NCBI RefSeq assembly: GCF_006345805.1
Contig: NC_043010.1
Coordinates: forward strand, 34,162,001-34,226,000
DNA: 64,000 bases
Reading direction: 5' to 3'
Source of the DNA: Octopus sinensis
Lineage: Eukaryota
A program made the translations under genes and the position numbers. Each line of letters opens with the position of its first letter. Position 1 is the first letter of the stretch. A model generated the notes under the pieces. It was not told the DNA's origin. It saw only the letters and a list, made by a program, of their open reading frames with translations, and made no database searches. Positions 26,440-40,103 of this stretch are shown here, piece by piece.

Positions 26440-27410
26440 TGTAACCATGTCTAGCATATAAATCCTCTATCAAACTTACTCCTATTGGCTCTGTTCATCC
26501 CTCACCTCTTGGACTGATAGCTCATGGAATGTGCTGGAGTTGTTTCTGTCTGGTGTGCTCCAAGATGCTTTTTTCCTTCTATCCATCAATGACCTCGCCA
26601 CCATATCGAATTAACACCTACCGCTATGCAGATGATACAATCCTTCATCCTCTCTTTAAACTTCCCTAACCTTGCATCAACCAGGCCACCACATGCCAAA
26701 CTTGCACTGATTCTATGCATGAAGACCTTGAGATTATTCTTTAGCGGAGCCATGCCAATCTTGTTTCTTTTAACAGTGAAAAAACTCAAACACTACTCAT
26801 ATTAAGGAGAAAAAAAAAACAAAAAAACATTGCACCACACACTGCTAAACATGACCAGCTCTCAACCAGAGCCCTCAAAGTTGCTGCAACTGCTGAGCCC
26901 CATTAATATTGAGGATCAACTTGTGTTAAAGACACATCCTTATCATAGCTATGACTGCATCCAAAAGATAGAGAGATCCACAATGAAGGATTGCTCCCAC
27001 AGCTTGGATACTGCTGCTACTACACACTCAGATATTCTGAATTGCATCCTGAAGATACATTGAAATAATTTGCTTTAAATCACTCACAGACATGCTCCAG
27101 CTTCTGATCTACAAGTGTGTTGTTGCCTCTTTCTATTTGTCTTTTCTATTGTCATTATAATAGCTTCTGTCCTTGGAGTTGGTTGGTTTCTCTACCGCTG
27201 CCCCACTCCCTGTCCCACACTAACCACTATACCCAGTCCTTCTACCTCTGAATGTCAGCTTTCTGAAATTAACTCCCAGCTCATATCTTTTGAAGCAGGT
27301 GTTGACTTGCCACGGTTTAAAAGGATCATTAATACTATCAAGGTCACCAGTCTTGGACAGCCTACTAAGGTCATGAGCAATGCCCCTTCCTCTCACTCAG
27401 CAACTTAAAA
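26440..27410 (+). mobile_element. Decayed CR1-group (Zenon-like) LINE RT to 3' end
   Basis: FLLSINDL, YADD at 26625-26636, NLVSFNSEKTQ and VDLPRFKRIIN, then a short A tail; same family type as 11 kb. Confidence 0.75.
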
Positions 27411-27911
27411 AAATATTATACATGGTGTGTGTTGTTAACCACATATACCACTAATGGTATTCTGCAGCTTTTGTCTATGTGGATGTACGTATGTGACAGC
27501 AGGGTTAAAAATCCACATCTCTACATCTAAGTATGTGTGTATTACACAAAAGATACCGATATACACATTCATATAAGTGTCCTGCATAAAACTAGGTGTG
27601 TGTGTGTGTGTAAACAGCTCTCTGTATTATGTGTCATGGCCGTGTTTGTGTATAATGTGGTTGCAGGAAGCCAAAGCTTGGAGTGAGTTTGATTGAATCA
27701 AAGTGTTTGCACCTATGTAATTGTAGGAAGCCAAAGTCTATTGGCAAGACAGAAAGTGAGTCAGAGAGCATCGGATTACATTTTGGTCAACGAAAACATG
27801 AAATATACCATCCACAGTTTCTCACACTAGGCAGCCACACTGAAGTTCATACAAATTCACCTTCACCACTCCCTACTAAACCCAATGATATACATATATA
27901 CATACATACAT

Positions 27912-27945
<34 letters not shown>

Positions 27946-28610
27946 TTAAATATTTATAAATGCTCACATACACAAACCTATGCATATATCTCAACATAAT
28001 CACACACACACACACACACACACACATTGATTTCCAATAGAGCAGCTGCTGATGACTTATGTATCTTTCCATTAAATTGTTGTTTTTGTAATGTTTATGT
28101 TGTTGATTATATGTTTCCCTATGTGTAGTTTTATGCTCTTCAGGATATTGATGTTATCCCCAATTGTAATCAGACTTGTTTAAGGTCCTTCTATTGTTTG
28201 ATATGGGTTTGGGTTTTTAGTTTGTTTGTATTCGCTCACATTTTCATGTTCAGCTTTATAAGGGCATTAAACTGAATTGAATCTAGATCAAGGTTTCTGT
28301 TTAGCACTGGTTTATCAAAAATTTAGTTGTTTACAGGATTTATTAGGTTAGGCATTAACCAGTAATTACGTTATGGTGGATTTGTGACACAGACACAATA
28401 CGCACACACACACATATACATATATTACACATATATCGCATGCACATATACACATACATGCAAAAATAAACCTGGAAAGTATATTACAAAGTTATTTATT
28501 TATAGTGCTTATAGATGTATTTTAGTGCAAGTCAGATTATATAAGGATTTCCTCACATAATCCTTGAAATTCACATGATCAGAAATATACACACATACAC
28601 ACACACACAT

Positions 28611-28790
28611 GCAGGGATGGCTGTGTAGTTAAGAAGTTCCTTTTGCAATCACATGGTTTTTTTTTTCTCAGTACAATAATATGCTGTGGCATCTTGTGCA
28701 GGTGTCTTCTAGTATAGCCCTGGACTAACCAATGCCTTAACAAATGAATTTGGTCGACGAAAACTGCATGAAGCCCCCTTTATGTATATG
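28611..28790 (+). mobile_element. SINE family A 5' half, degenerate
   Basis: gatggctgtgtagttaagaag..ggtgtcttctagtatagcc. Confidence 0.7.
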
Positions 28791-29177
28791 TGGATATGTG
28801 TGTGAGTGTATGTAAGCATATGTTGCTATTCACTGCTTGTCATTGCTTGAGTGGAAAGGAGATAATGATGGTGGCATTCCTTGATGACATTAAGAGCAGA
28901 TGCTGTACACTGTAGATAACATCTAGAACAAAAATATCCCTTACTTGAGAAACATGTAAGGGCTAGAAGCAGGAAGAACATCAGGCTGTAAAATCCCAAC
29001 TTAAATAACCCCTTATCTAGCCCATACTAGCTAGGAGAACTTGCCAAAATGAACAAGACAATTGTTTCAGTTAAGTTGCTTTAAATGGAGCATATATTAT
29101 TGTAAATAATATATAATTATGTATATATATATATATATATTATATATATATATATATATTATATATATATATATATT

Positions 29178-29553
29178 GGTGCAGGCATAGCTGTGTGTTA
29201 AAACTTTTGCTTCTCAACCACATGCTTCTGGGTTCAGTTCCACAGCATAGCACCTAAGGCAAGTGTCTTCTACTATAGCCTTGACCAACTAAAACATTAT
29301 GAGTGGATTTGGTAGATAGAAACTGAAAGAAGCCTGTTATATATATATGTGTGTATTTGTCCCACACTACACTACTTGATATCCAGTGTTGGTATGTTTA
29401 CATCCTTATAATTTAGCTGTTCCACAAAAGAGACTGATAGAATAAGTACCAGGTCAAAAATAAGTGCTGGGGCAATTTGTTCAACTAAAATTGCCCAAGG
29501 TGGTTCCCCAGCATGGCAGTAGCCTAATGAATGAAACAAGTAAAAAATAAAAG
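29178..29553 (+). mobile_element. Full-length SINE family A (older copy)
   Basis: Head and tail present, CpG-decayed. Confidence 0.85.
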
Positions 29554-29567
29554 ATACATAAATATAT

Positions 29568-29616
<49 letters not shown>

Positions 29617-29813
29617 CACACACACTTTATATATGTATGTTTGAAAAGGTTAATCGAAAGTGCTCATACACTAGGAAAAGAACTTCTCAAGAAAGGTTCT
29701 CAACAACCTGATAAAAGATTTAATAACATTTTTTTTAAAAAATCATGTTTACACTTCAAAACTGTATTAAGTAATTCTCATAGACTTTCAAATATATATA
29801 TATATATATATAT

Positions 29814-30190
29814 CACTTGCGTCAGAAATTAATTAGCACCCTTGATTTGCTCTTCACTCAAGGTATGTGCTGTTACCTAGTGGCCATATCTCGAACTATT
29901 GCTTTGTTGCGAGTTCACTGTTGCGCAGAACGATGACGTAACTTTGTTTGCAGAGCAGTTTGAGAGTCTACAGCCTTATGATGTTGACATAGCAGTGCAA
30001 CAAATTGGAGTGCGGATGCAGACAAATCTTCCTTTGTTTAATAGATATAGGTAGCGCCTCGCAAGGACCGAAATCACACCATACTAAGTTTTCTCATCGC
30101 GTAAGACGTTTTGAACAGCTCATAGGTTAATTGATTTAACCTATTTAATGTAGAAATTTGAGAAGTGCTAATTAATTTCTGACGCAAGTG
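29814..30190. mobile_element. Tc1/mariner-type MITE inserted in (TA)n
   Basis: Perfect 26-bp TIR CACTTGCGTCAGAAATTAATTAGCAC (29814-29839 / 30165-30190); 377 bp; CpGs retained. Confidence 0.9.
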
Positions 30191-30633
30191 TATATATATA
30201 TATATATACACATACATAGTTTTATTTGACCAGCCAATCTGAAACCAGCTGGAACTGAGTTTCATTAAATTCAAATCATTGGACAACCAATTTAGTTACA
30301 GATATCCAACAACAAACAATATGGTAAACAGCACAATTTGCAGATTGGTCAGCAAAAACAATTTGCATACAATTATATATTATTTATTAGAGCAAACTAT
30401 ATTTATATCTGCACATCTACTCTTCAGTCTCAAGCTGAAAACTTTATATACCTGGGTATAAACAAACCAAGCTCACAAATAACTGTACAGAGGCCGGGAC
30501 CAAATTATCCACCAGATTTATTTTCAAGACAGTATGGTGTGGTTTGAGGGAATTTAGCTGTTATTTCTTGCAGGTTGGGAGGTAAAATTTGATAGCTTTA
30601 AAGACGAGGATCAGTTGGTAATAGAGTTTAAAA

Positions 30634-31168
30634 CAGGGGTGGGGAAACCCCCACCTGTGGGTGCAATTGTGTCTGCAAGCCCATTTTATTTCGCCTGCAG
30701 GCTGATATACTCATGTGTACAAAATATAGTAAATTTTTCAATTATAATATTTATACAATATTTGTATGCCTTTTTGCAACATAGGTCACATTTAAACTAC
30801 GATTTAAAAAAAACAGTTAGACTCGAACAAAAAAATCGTCCAGTAATTGCCATTTGAATAGAAATTTTTTTTTCACTATAAAACATATTGCTAGGTTTGT
30901 ACCTCCCCGCTTGAGACCCAACTACACTCTTGCTGAAAAATATAGAAACCTCATAAGTAATATAAATGTCCTAAATTCAGTGGCGGCGTTAATGAAGATG
31001 TTACGTGTTAATTTAGTGTCTTAAACTTATCTTTATTAATGTATATCGAATTATACATAGATATATACAAGATTCACACAGATATAAGAGTTAGGGTTTG
31101 TGATCGGCCCAGAGACCTTTATCTTAGTAAATTTTTGCCTGCTGCACTAAAAAGTTTCCCTACCCCTG
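30634..31168. mobile_element. hAT (Charlie-like) MITE
   Basis: 15-bp TIR CAGGGGT(G/A)GGGAAAC with a perfect 8-bp TSD GTTTAAAA (30626-30633, 31169-31176). Confidence 0.92.
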
Positions 31169-31455
31169 GTTTAAAACAAAGACAGAACCCCCAACTTTGT
31201 AACCTGTACCATGTTTATGCATCAGTTGTTAAGCGGATGCTGTTTATATTGTTATTGCATGTGTATTAATCGGTAACTGCAGCACTCAGTCGTATCATTT
31301 TGCCTTCCTGACTGCCAGAGTACATGAGATACAGGAAGGAAACATGGACAGACAATAAATTTTAGCATATACATATTTAAATAAATATATATGTAGATTT
31401 ATATATATATATCAATATATTTACATATATATATATATATATAAATTTCTATATG

Positions 31456-31802
31456 TGGCTGTGTGGTAAGAAGCTTGCTTCTCAACCACATGATTCTGGG
31501 TTCAGTCCCACTGTGTGGAACCATAGGAGAGTATCTTTTACTACAGCCTTGGGCTGACCAAAGCCTTGTGAGTGGATTTGGTAAACGGAAACTGAAAGAT
31601 GCCTATCGTATATGTGAGTGTGTGTTTGTCATCCCCATTATCGCTTGACAACTGGTGTTGGTGCATTTACGTCCCTGTAAAGAGACTGATAGAATAAGTA
31701 CTAGGACTTAAAAAAATGTCCTGGTAGTGAACTGCTTGACAAAAATACTTCAAGGTGATGCTCCAGCATGGCCATAGACAAATGACTGAAAATAGTAAAA
31801 GA
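31456..31802 (+). mobile_element. SINE family A
   Basis: gtggctgtgtggtaagaag head through the aaatgactgaaaatagtaaaag tail. Confidence 0.85.
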
Positions 31803-32004
31803 ATATATAAATATGTTTGTGCATGTGTATGTGAAGCACATAATGGACACTGGTGTGCAGTGGATGATATGAGGACAGGTTGTAATGTAGAAGTGTTGTA
31901 ATCTATGGAGTGATATTGTATTGAGATGAATATTAGTTGAAAACCATGAGGGTCCACATCAGAGAAAGTTCATGTAGCTAACTACACCAATTAGCTTCAT
32001 CTAA

Positions 32005-32600
32005 ATATCTACAAACTCAGTAATCCAGGCTTTCTTATCATTTCAGCTTGTAAATATCCAACCAAACTGGATAGATTGGCAAATTGGCTTTGTCACTCAT
32101 CTTCACCTTCCCAATACAAATTAAGGACACCAATTATGTGCTAAGCCACTTTGACTTGTTTATTTTCCCTCAGGATATCCCAAACTTCTACTAACCATGG
32201 ACATCAACTCACCCTATATGCTTACAGTCTCTATTATTTCAGTGAGAGCCTATCCCTGTACCCAATACTACCACCCTCCTCTCTAAGCCAACCATTTCTC
32301 ACTCTTGATTGTTTGGTGAATTTTACAAACAATTCAATAGAGCCTCTATGGGCACTAAAATGGGACCAAACCATGCAAACACTTTTGTAGGCCATACTGA
32401 GGTGCAGACTTTTGCTCAGATCACTACAACCATTTCAGAACTGTAGCGTCAACAAACTTATGACTAGAATGGTGGCACTACATTCAACGAACCATCAACC
32501 TGAAAGCGTCATCTCTTGCACTTATTCACTGCATTCAGTCTAGAATCCAGTTAAACTATATCTAACAGTTCTGTTAGATTCCTACATACAGATCTCTCAA
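32005..32600 (+). mobile_element. Decayed Penelope-like reverse transcriptase fragment
   Basis: Peptides NPGFLIISACKYPT (cf. PGRPIISAC.CPT), IKDTNY, LLTMDINSPY (cf. TMDVxSLY) and SMGTKMGPNHANTFVG (cf. AMGTKMGPNYANLFVG). Confidence 0.8.
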
Positions 32601-32899
32601 CCCTTATCAATATCAATCAATAGTATTAGAGGAATCAATTGTAGGGGCAAGAATGAAGAACAAGATTGAAGATAGCAGATGAGAGAGTCCAAGGAAGACA
32701 TGAGCAGGCAGGCTGAAAGTTGATCAAATAGATGCAACAAAAGCAAGACATATTGGAAATGAACTATCCATGCCTTGTTAGCTAGGAAGTGGGTAGAACA
32801 AAATACTAATACTAATATATACATACGTACATTTAAACACACACTAATATACGCTGTGCTTCCTAGCAGTTATAACCTTTAAACAATGCCATCCCACTG

Positions 32900-32911
32900 G
32901 CCATATATATA

Positions 32912-32961
<50 letters not shown>

Positions 32962-33448
32962 TGTGTGTTATTATCATCATTTAACATCTGTTTTCCATGC
33001 TATCATGGCTTGAACATTGTGTGTGTGTATATATATATATATATATTATATATATACACACACACTCAAGTATATATACATAGGTGTATGTGTATATGTA
33101 TTATATATACATATATTCATGTATACATAAATATACAAATGTATCATTGTAAATATATACAAAAATACACACACACATGTATGTGTGCATATATACTTAT
33201 ACATACAGGCATACATATGCAATACATAGACATATTTATAAGTGTATATACACACACACACAATACTCATATATGTATAATGTATATAAGGATATATGTA
33301 TTATGTATATATCTGTCTCTCTTTATGTCCTTGACATACCTGGTCAATATTTTAAAGTAAGATTAATACTGACAATGGAACATTTACTGATGGGATGATT
33401 CTATACTGAGCATGGGAGTAATTCACATTTGATCTGTTTATACTTATT

Positions 33449-33510
<62 letters not shown>

Positions 33511-33720
33511 AGAATATATACATACACACACAGACCCATCCACCAATACATATATACATGCATATGTATACATATATATATATGTGTATATTTATATATG
33601 TGTATATACATTATATATATGCTTATTTTATATATATATATACAATGTACATTAGCATACGTACAGACTACATACATGTATACATACACACATATACACA
33701 TACATATATATTTTTTATGA
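32900..33720. repeat. Compound (TA)/(CA)/(TG)/(CT) microsatellite domain
   Basis: Seen directly; source of the YI/HT-rich pseudo-ORFs. Confidence 0.9.
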
Positions 33721-34324
33721 ATGATGTATTTCAGCGCTTAAGCTGCAGCCATGCTGGGTCACTGCTTTGGGTGTTGCTACACTTTTACAGATTTCCCCTT
33801 CTTTAGTTGGTAGTTGATGAATGACAGAGTTTTAGAAATTACTCCATCTACTTGTGTAGGCACATGAAGAATTGTGGACAACAGAAATCACAGTTGCATT
33901 TCAAAAACATCCACATACATAACTAAGAAGTTTTTCCAACAGAATTATGAAAAGTCGTAGGCTTTTCAATACTAATGAGTTGAAATATTTGGTTTGAAGT
34001 CTGGATGACAAGGATGGAATTCTTGGCACTATGCCTTACTGCCCTGTTTAGGGATTAGAATATCTTTGAAATGCCTGTCTTTCCAGGAACTTACAGAGAT
34101 ATATTACTGCATAGTTTCCTGTATTCCCACTTCAGAGTATAATCTAAATTTTCAGACATTCCCAATATCTGATCTGTTGCATTAAGGCAATATTCCTTAT
34201 GTAGCAGTATTACATGGCTTTAAACATTGCCATTAATATTATGCTACACGGTAACCATAATTTGGAGCTATAATTCAGACAGCTAAGCACCAATGTCCTC
34301 TAGAAAACTATCATGGCTTCCTGC

Positions 34325-34377
<53 letters not shown>

Positions 34378-34416
34378 GGAATTCTACACAAACATGCACA
34401 CACACATAATACATAT

Positions 34417-34798
34417 TCTTTTATCCTTTTACATGTTTCAGTCATGACTATGGCCATACTGGAGCACTGCCTTAAAGGGTTTTAGTCAAAGAAATCGACC
34501 CTAGGACTTATTCTTTGTAAGCCTAGTGCTTATTATATCAGACTTTTTTTTTTACCAAACTGCTAAGCTATGGGGATGTAAACACACCAACATTCGGTTG
34601 TCAAGAGATTGGGGGGGGGGACAGACACAAACACATAAATATACATACATATAATACACACACACATGACAGGCTTCTTTCAGTTTCTATCAACCAAATC
34701 CACTTACAAGGCTTTGGGCAGACTAAGGCTATATTAGAAGATACTGAACCCGGAGCCATGAGGTTGGGAAGCAAGTTTCTTACCGCATAGCCATGCCT
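34417..34798 (-). mobile_element. SINE family A (left member of a head-to-head pair)
   Basis: cttttacatgtttcagtc tail on the left; actgaacccggagccatg..gcatagccatgcc head on the right. Confidence 0.85.
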
Positions 34799-34802
34799 AT
34801 TC

Positions 34803-34834
<32 letters not shown>

Positions 34835-34909
34835 CACACACACATACAAAATCTCTCTCTCCCTCTCATTCTCCCAATATATATATATAAGGAGGGAGAG
34901 AGCGAAAGA

Positions 34910-35345
34910 GATGCAAGTGTGGCTATGTGGTAAGAGTTCAGCTTCCGAACCGCATGGTTCTAGGCTCAGTCCCACTGCATAACACCTTGGCCAAGTGCTT
35001 TCTACTATCACCTCAGGCCAACCAAAACTTTGTGAATGGGTTGTTAGCCGGAAACTGAAAGAAGCTCATCATATACATGTGTGTATGTGTCTGTGTGTGA
35101 GTGATGTTTGTGTATCTATTTGCTTCCCTCCCCACTACACTACTTGACAATCAATGTTTGTATCTATATGCTCCCGTGTAACTTAATAGTTTGGCAAAAG
35201 AGACCAATAGAATAAGAAACAGGGCTAAAAACAAATTTTTTAAAGTGCTGTGGCTGATTCGTTTGACTAAAAAGTCTTCATATATATATGGGAACAAGGC
35301 AGTCTTCAGGGCCGCATTCCAATGTCTGACACAGGCAAAAGATAT
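34910..35345 (+). mobile_element. SINE family A (right member of a head-to-head pair)
   Basis: gtggctatgtggtaag..ctcagtcccactgc..gaaactgaaagaagc..caaaagagaccaatagaataag. Confidence 0.8.
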
Positions 35346-35389
35346 AAAATAAAAAATTAAATATAAGATATGCCTGAAGCATATTTGAA

Positions 35390-35422
35390 GCTTATCTATC
35401 TATCTATCTATATCTATCTATC

Positions 35423-35453
<31 letters not shown>

Positions 35454-35458
35454 CTATC

Positions 35459-35504
<46 letters not shown>

Positions 35505-35822
35505 CAAACACATACATATAGGCAATAAACAGATGCACATATACATATTCATTATATTGAATTAGTGTTTAAGCAATATAAAGCAAGTACACCACGTTTA
35601 AAAGCTGAATAATTAACATAACACTGAACTCCAATATACTATTACAATCAATGCAATAACTATAGGAGGAAGAAGTTTGAATATATATATATTGATTTGA
35701 ATTGAATAAAATGATTCTTCAGAGTAACATATTAAGAATAATCTATACCTACATAAATACATGGACACACACATATACATATGTTTGTCCCCTCTATGTT
35801 TAACCCCTTGTGGGCAATAAAG

Positions 35823-35866
<44 letters not shown>

Positions 35867-35880
35867 ATGTGTGTGTATAT

Positions 35881-35913
<33 letters not shown>

Positions 35914-36765
35914 AATACATATATGTACACCCACACATACATATATATGCATATATACATATGCATACACACACACACATATATATCTATGTATATATGC
36001 ATATATACATTTATATACATGTATACACACACATACACATATGTATGCATGTATACATATATATATAAATGTGTGTGTGTTTGTTTTTGTATTCAGCTAT
36101 AATAAAAATGACTTTACATTAACCCATACTTTTGTACTAATTTATTATTCTTTTAATAAGAATATTATTTACAGCAACTTCAAAGTTTTGGTCAACTAAG
36201 CCGTCATTGGACTGTTTGATGATAGCTTAGTTAGCCTAAACTTTGAAGTCACAGTCAATACCATTCATGTTAAAGAATTACATACATATATATATGTCTT
36301 ATCTCAATGTGTGTGTGTGTGTGTATGTGCATGTGTGCAGGACTTTTATACACATATATTCACATAGTCATCTATATGTACATACAATTATACATCTTTA
36401 TAGATGTACATACATGTGTGTGGGTATATAAACTTGTGCACATATGTACACATGTTGAAAGACATAAAGATACATGTATGTTCCCATATATATGTGTGTA
36501 TACAAACGAGGATTTATACACACACACACACACACATGGAAGTCATACTGACTTCCATAATGTATATATTTGTATACACAAATGCACCTCTCTCTCTCTC
36601 AATCTACCTACCTGTTCATATATAGATATCTATGCACATACAGACATGCATATATATATATGAGTATATATATATGTGTATATATATATATATATACATA
36701 CACATATACACACACATATATATACACATATATATTGCTACATGTGTGTAGGTGTATGTGTGTAT

Positions 36766-36796
<31 letters not shown>
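35390..36796. repeat. Compound microsatellite domain
   Basis: (TATC)n, (TA)n, (CA)n and (TACA)n mosaics. Confidence 0.9.
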
Positions 36797-37169
36797 CAGG
36801 CACACAATCTTGTATGTATGTATGAATATATATGCAACATATCCATATATATACATATTTATGTACCACACTCACACAGGCTAGATGTTGGTCCTTCTAG
36901 GGCAGTGATACTGATATTATTAATATTTGCCTTGACATTTTACAAGCCATCTGAGGATCAGACATGACCAGGGAGAGAAATTCCTGAAGGCCAATCTTTA
37001 GAAATTGAAGGACTGGCTGTAGTAACTGAATACCTAAGTGGCTGGCTTTCACAAGGATAATGTGCGTAGGTGAGGCCAGTGGGTTTGAACAACTGACTAG
37101 CAAGTTGGTATCGATTATATGTGTATCTATCGAACTTTTTATATGTCTGTGCATCTCTCTCTCTCTCTC

Positions 37170-37315
37170 TTTCTTATTTCTTTATTGTCCACAAGGGGCT
37201 AAACATAGAGGGAACAAACAAGGACAGACAAACGGATTAAGTCGATTTCATCGACCCAGTGCGTAGCTGGTACTTATTTAATCGACCCCGAAAGGATGAA
37301 AGGCAAAGTTGACCT
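37170..37315 (-). mobile_element. 5'-truncated SINE family C variant (duplicated at about 38815-38961)
   Basis: ctggtacttatttaatcgaccccgaaaggatgaaaggcaaagttgacctc. Confidence 0.8.
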
Positions 37316-37644
37316 CTCTCTTTCTATCTACCTACCACTATTCATCAATACACATATGTATACATGCACATACACATATGTATGTGTGTGTGTATATATA
37401 TATATATTATACACACACACACATATATACATACATATATATATACACACACATATATATACACATATATTTATATACACACACACACATATACATACAT
37501 ATATATATATATACACACACACACACATACATACATAAATACATACACACACACATATATATACATATATATACGTATATAAAAATGATATTTTATAGCT
37601 CCAAATGATTTTTTTATTCTCTCTCTATTTATTTCCTCGTGTTC

Positions 37645-37680
37645 CTTTCTCTTGAAGAGCATAGGCTCGAAACGTAAAAG
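37645..37680 (+). ncRNA. Degenerate minimal hammerhead-like motif (same family as 23543; duplicated at 39288-39323)
   Basis: cttt-CTCTTGA-a-GAGC atag GCTC-GAAA-cgt-A-aaag: 4-bp helix I; core mutated. Confidence 0.35.
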
Positions 37681-40058
37681 ATTTTCTCACCTTCCGAGTG
37701 TTAAACGAATACACCTGTTTGTTGTTTTTTATACACCTGTCTTCGTCTGTTGTTTTTCTGTAAATTTCAACCACATATATACATATACACACGCACACAC
37801 ACATATATGTATATATACACACATGTATATATATATACACACACACATATATATACACATATATTTATATACATACACACACATATATATACACATATAT
37901 TTATATACATACACACATATATATACGGACGTTAAATGATGATGGTATATACACACACATACATAACATAATAGATATGCGTATATATAAAAGTGTATGT
38001 GTGACGTCTGTAGTACATACACGTACTCACGCACATAGGCGTGCATACCTTTATCGTACCCCCTCCCTTCAAGACACATAGAAATTCAAGTTCATTAATC
38101 AAATAACATATAACTGAAGTACGGCAAGCTGTTTCCCTTGATACTTTCATTAGGCAATTCACTGCGATATAGATATTAGAGACAGGATCCCCGGTAAATA
38201 CCATGGCTGACGCCCTCTGTTACGGGCGCTGTATAACATACATGTACACACACACACGCATACACAGAATGTACGCTGAATATCTTACTATTTCTTATAC
38301 TTAGATGTGATGGAGAGGGTGACTGAATGAGATACGTATATTATACTAGTGATCGATATATTAGTATCGATATAATCGAAATGGTGAAGGTATATGCATA
38401 CGTGTGTGTGTACATTATATATATATATATATATATACAGGCACACAATCTTGTATGTATGTATGTATGAATATATATGCAACATATCCATATATATACA
38501 TATTTATGTACCACACTCACACAGGCTAGATGTTGGTCCTTCTAGGGCAGTGATACTGATATTATTAATATTTGCCTTGACATTTTACAAGCCATCTGAG
38601 GATCAGACATGACCAGGAGAGAAATTCCTGAAGGCCAATCTTTAGAAATTGAAGGACTGGCTGTAGTAACTGAATACCTAAGTGGCTGGCTTTCACAAGG
38701 ATAATGTGCGTAGGTGAGGCCAGTGGGTTTGAACAACTGACTAGCAAGTTGGTATCGATTATATGTGTATCTATCGAACTTTTTATATGTCTGTGCATCT
38801 CTCTCTCTCTCTCTCTTTCTTATTTCTTTATTGTCCACAAGGGGCTAAACATAGAGGGAACAAACAAGGACAGACAAACGGATTAAGTCGATTTCATCGA
38901 CCCAGTGCGTAGCTGGTACTTATTTAATCGACCCCGAAAGGATGAAAGGCAAAGTTGACCTCTCTCTTTCTATCTACCTACCACTATTCATCAATACACA
39001 TATGTATACATGCACATACACATATGTATGTGTGTGTGTATATATATATATATATATACACACACACATATATACATACATATATATATACACACACACA
39101 TATACATACATATATATATATACACACACACACATACATACATATATATATATATACACACACACACACATACATACATAAATACATACACACACACATA
39201 TATATACATATATATACGTATATAAAAATGATATTTTATAGCTCCAAATGATTTTTTTATTCTCTCTCTATTTATTTCCTCGTGTTCCTTTCTCTTGAAG
39301 AGCATAGGCTCGAAACGTAAAAGATTTTCTCACCTTCCCGAGTGTTAAACGAATACACCTGTTTGTTGTTTATACACCTGTCTTCGTCTGTTGTTTTTCT
39401 GTAAATTTCAACCACATATATACATATACACACGCACACACACATATATGTATATATACACACATGTATATATATACACACACACACATATATATACACA
39501 TATATTTATATACATACACACACATATATATACACATATATTTATATACATACACACATATATATACGGACGTTAAATGATGATGGTATATACACACACA
39601 TACATAACATAATAGATATGCGTATATATAAAAGTGTATGTGTGACGTCTGTAGTACATACACGTACTCACGCACATAGGCGTGCATACCTTTATCGTAC
39701 CCCCTCCCTTCAAGACACATAGAAATTCAAGTTCATTAATCAAATAACATATAACTGAAGTACGGCAAGCTGTTTCCCTTGATACTTTCATTAGGCAATT
39801 CACTGCGATATAGATATTAGAGACAGGATCCCCGGTAAATACCATGGCTGACGCCCTCTGTTACGGGCGCTGTATAACATACATGTACACACACACACGC
39901 ATACACAGAATGTACGCTGAATATCTTACATTTCTTATACTTAGATGTGATGGAGAGGGTGACTGAATGAGATACGTATATTATACTAGTGATCGATATA
40001 TTAGTATCGATATAATCGAAATGGTGAAGGTATATGCATACGTGTGTGTGTACATTAT

Positions 40059-40103
<45 letters not shown>

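Larger units (their letters stand above)
36797..40055 (+). repeat. Near-identical ~1.64-kb tandem duplication (36797-38415 / 38438-40055)
   Basis: Both units start caggcacacaatcttgtatg and end gcatacgtgtgtgtgtacatt; offset 1640-1641; junction is a (TA)n tract. Confidence 0.95.

Noticed and set aside
28100-28590. Two further hammerhead-like traces (CTGAAGA..GAAAC near 28140; CTGATCA..AAAA near 28580, minus strand)
   Set aside because: Core or helices I/III too degenerate; could be old members of the same class but not supportable
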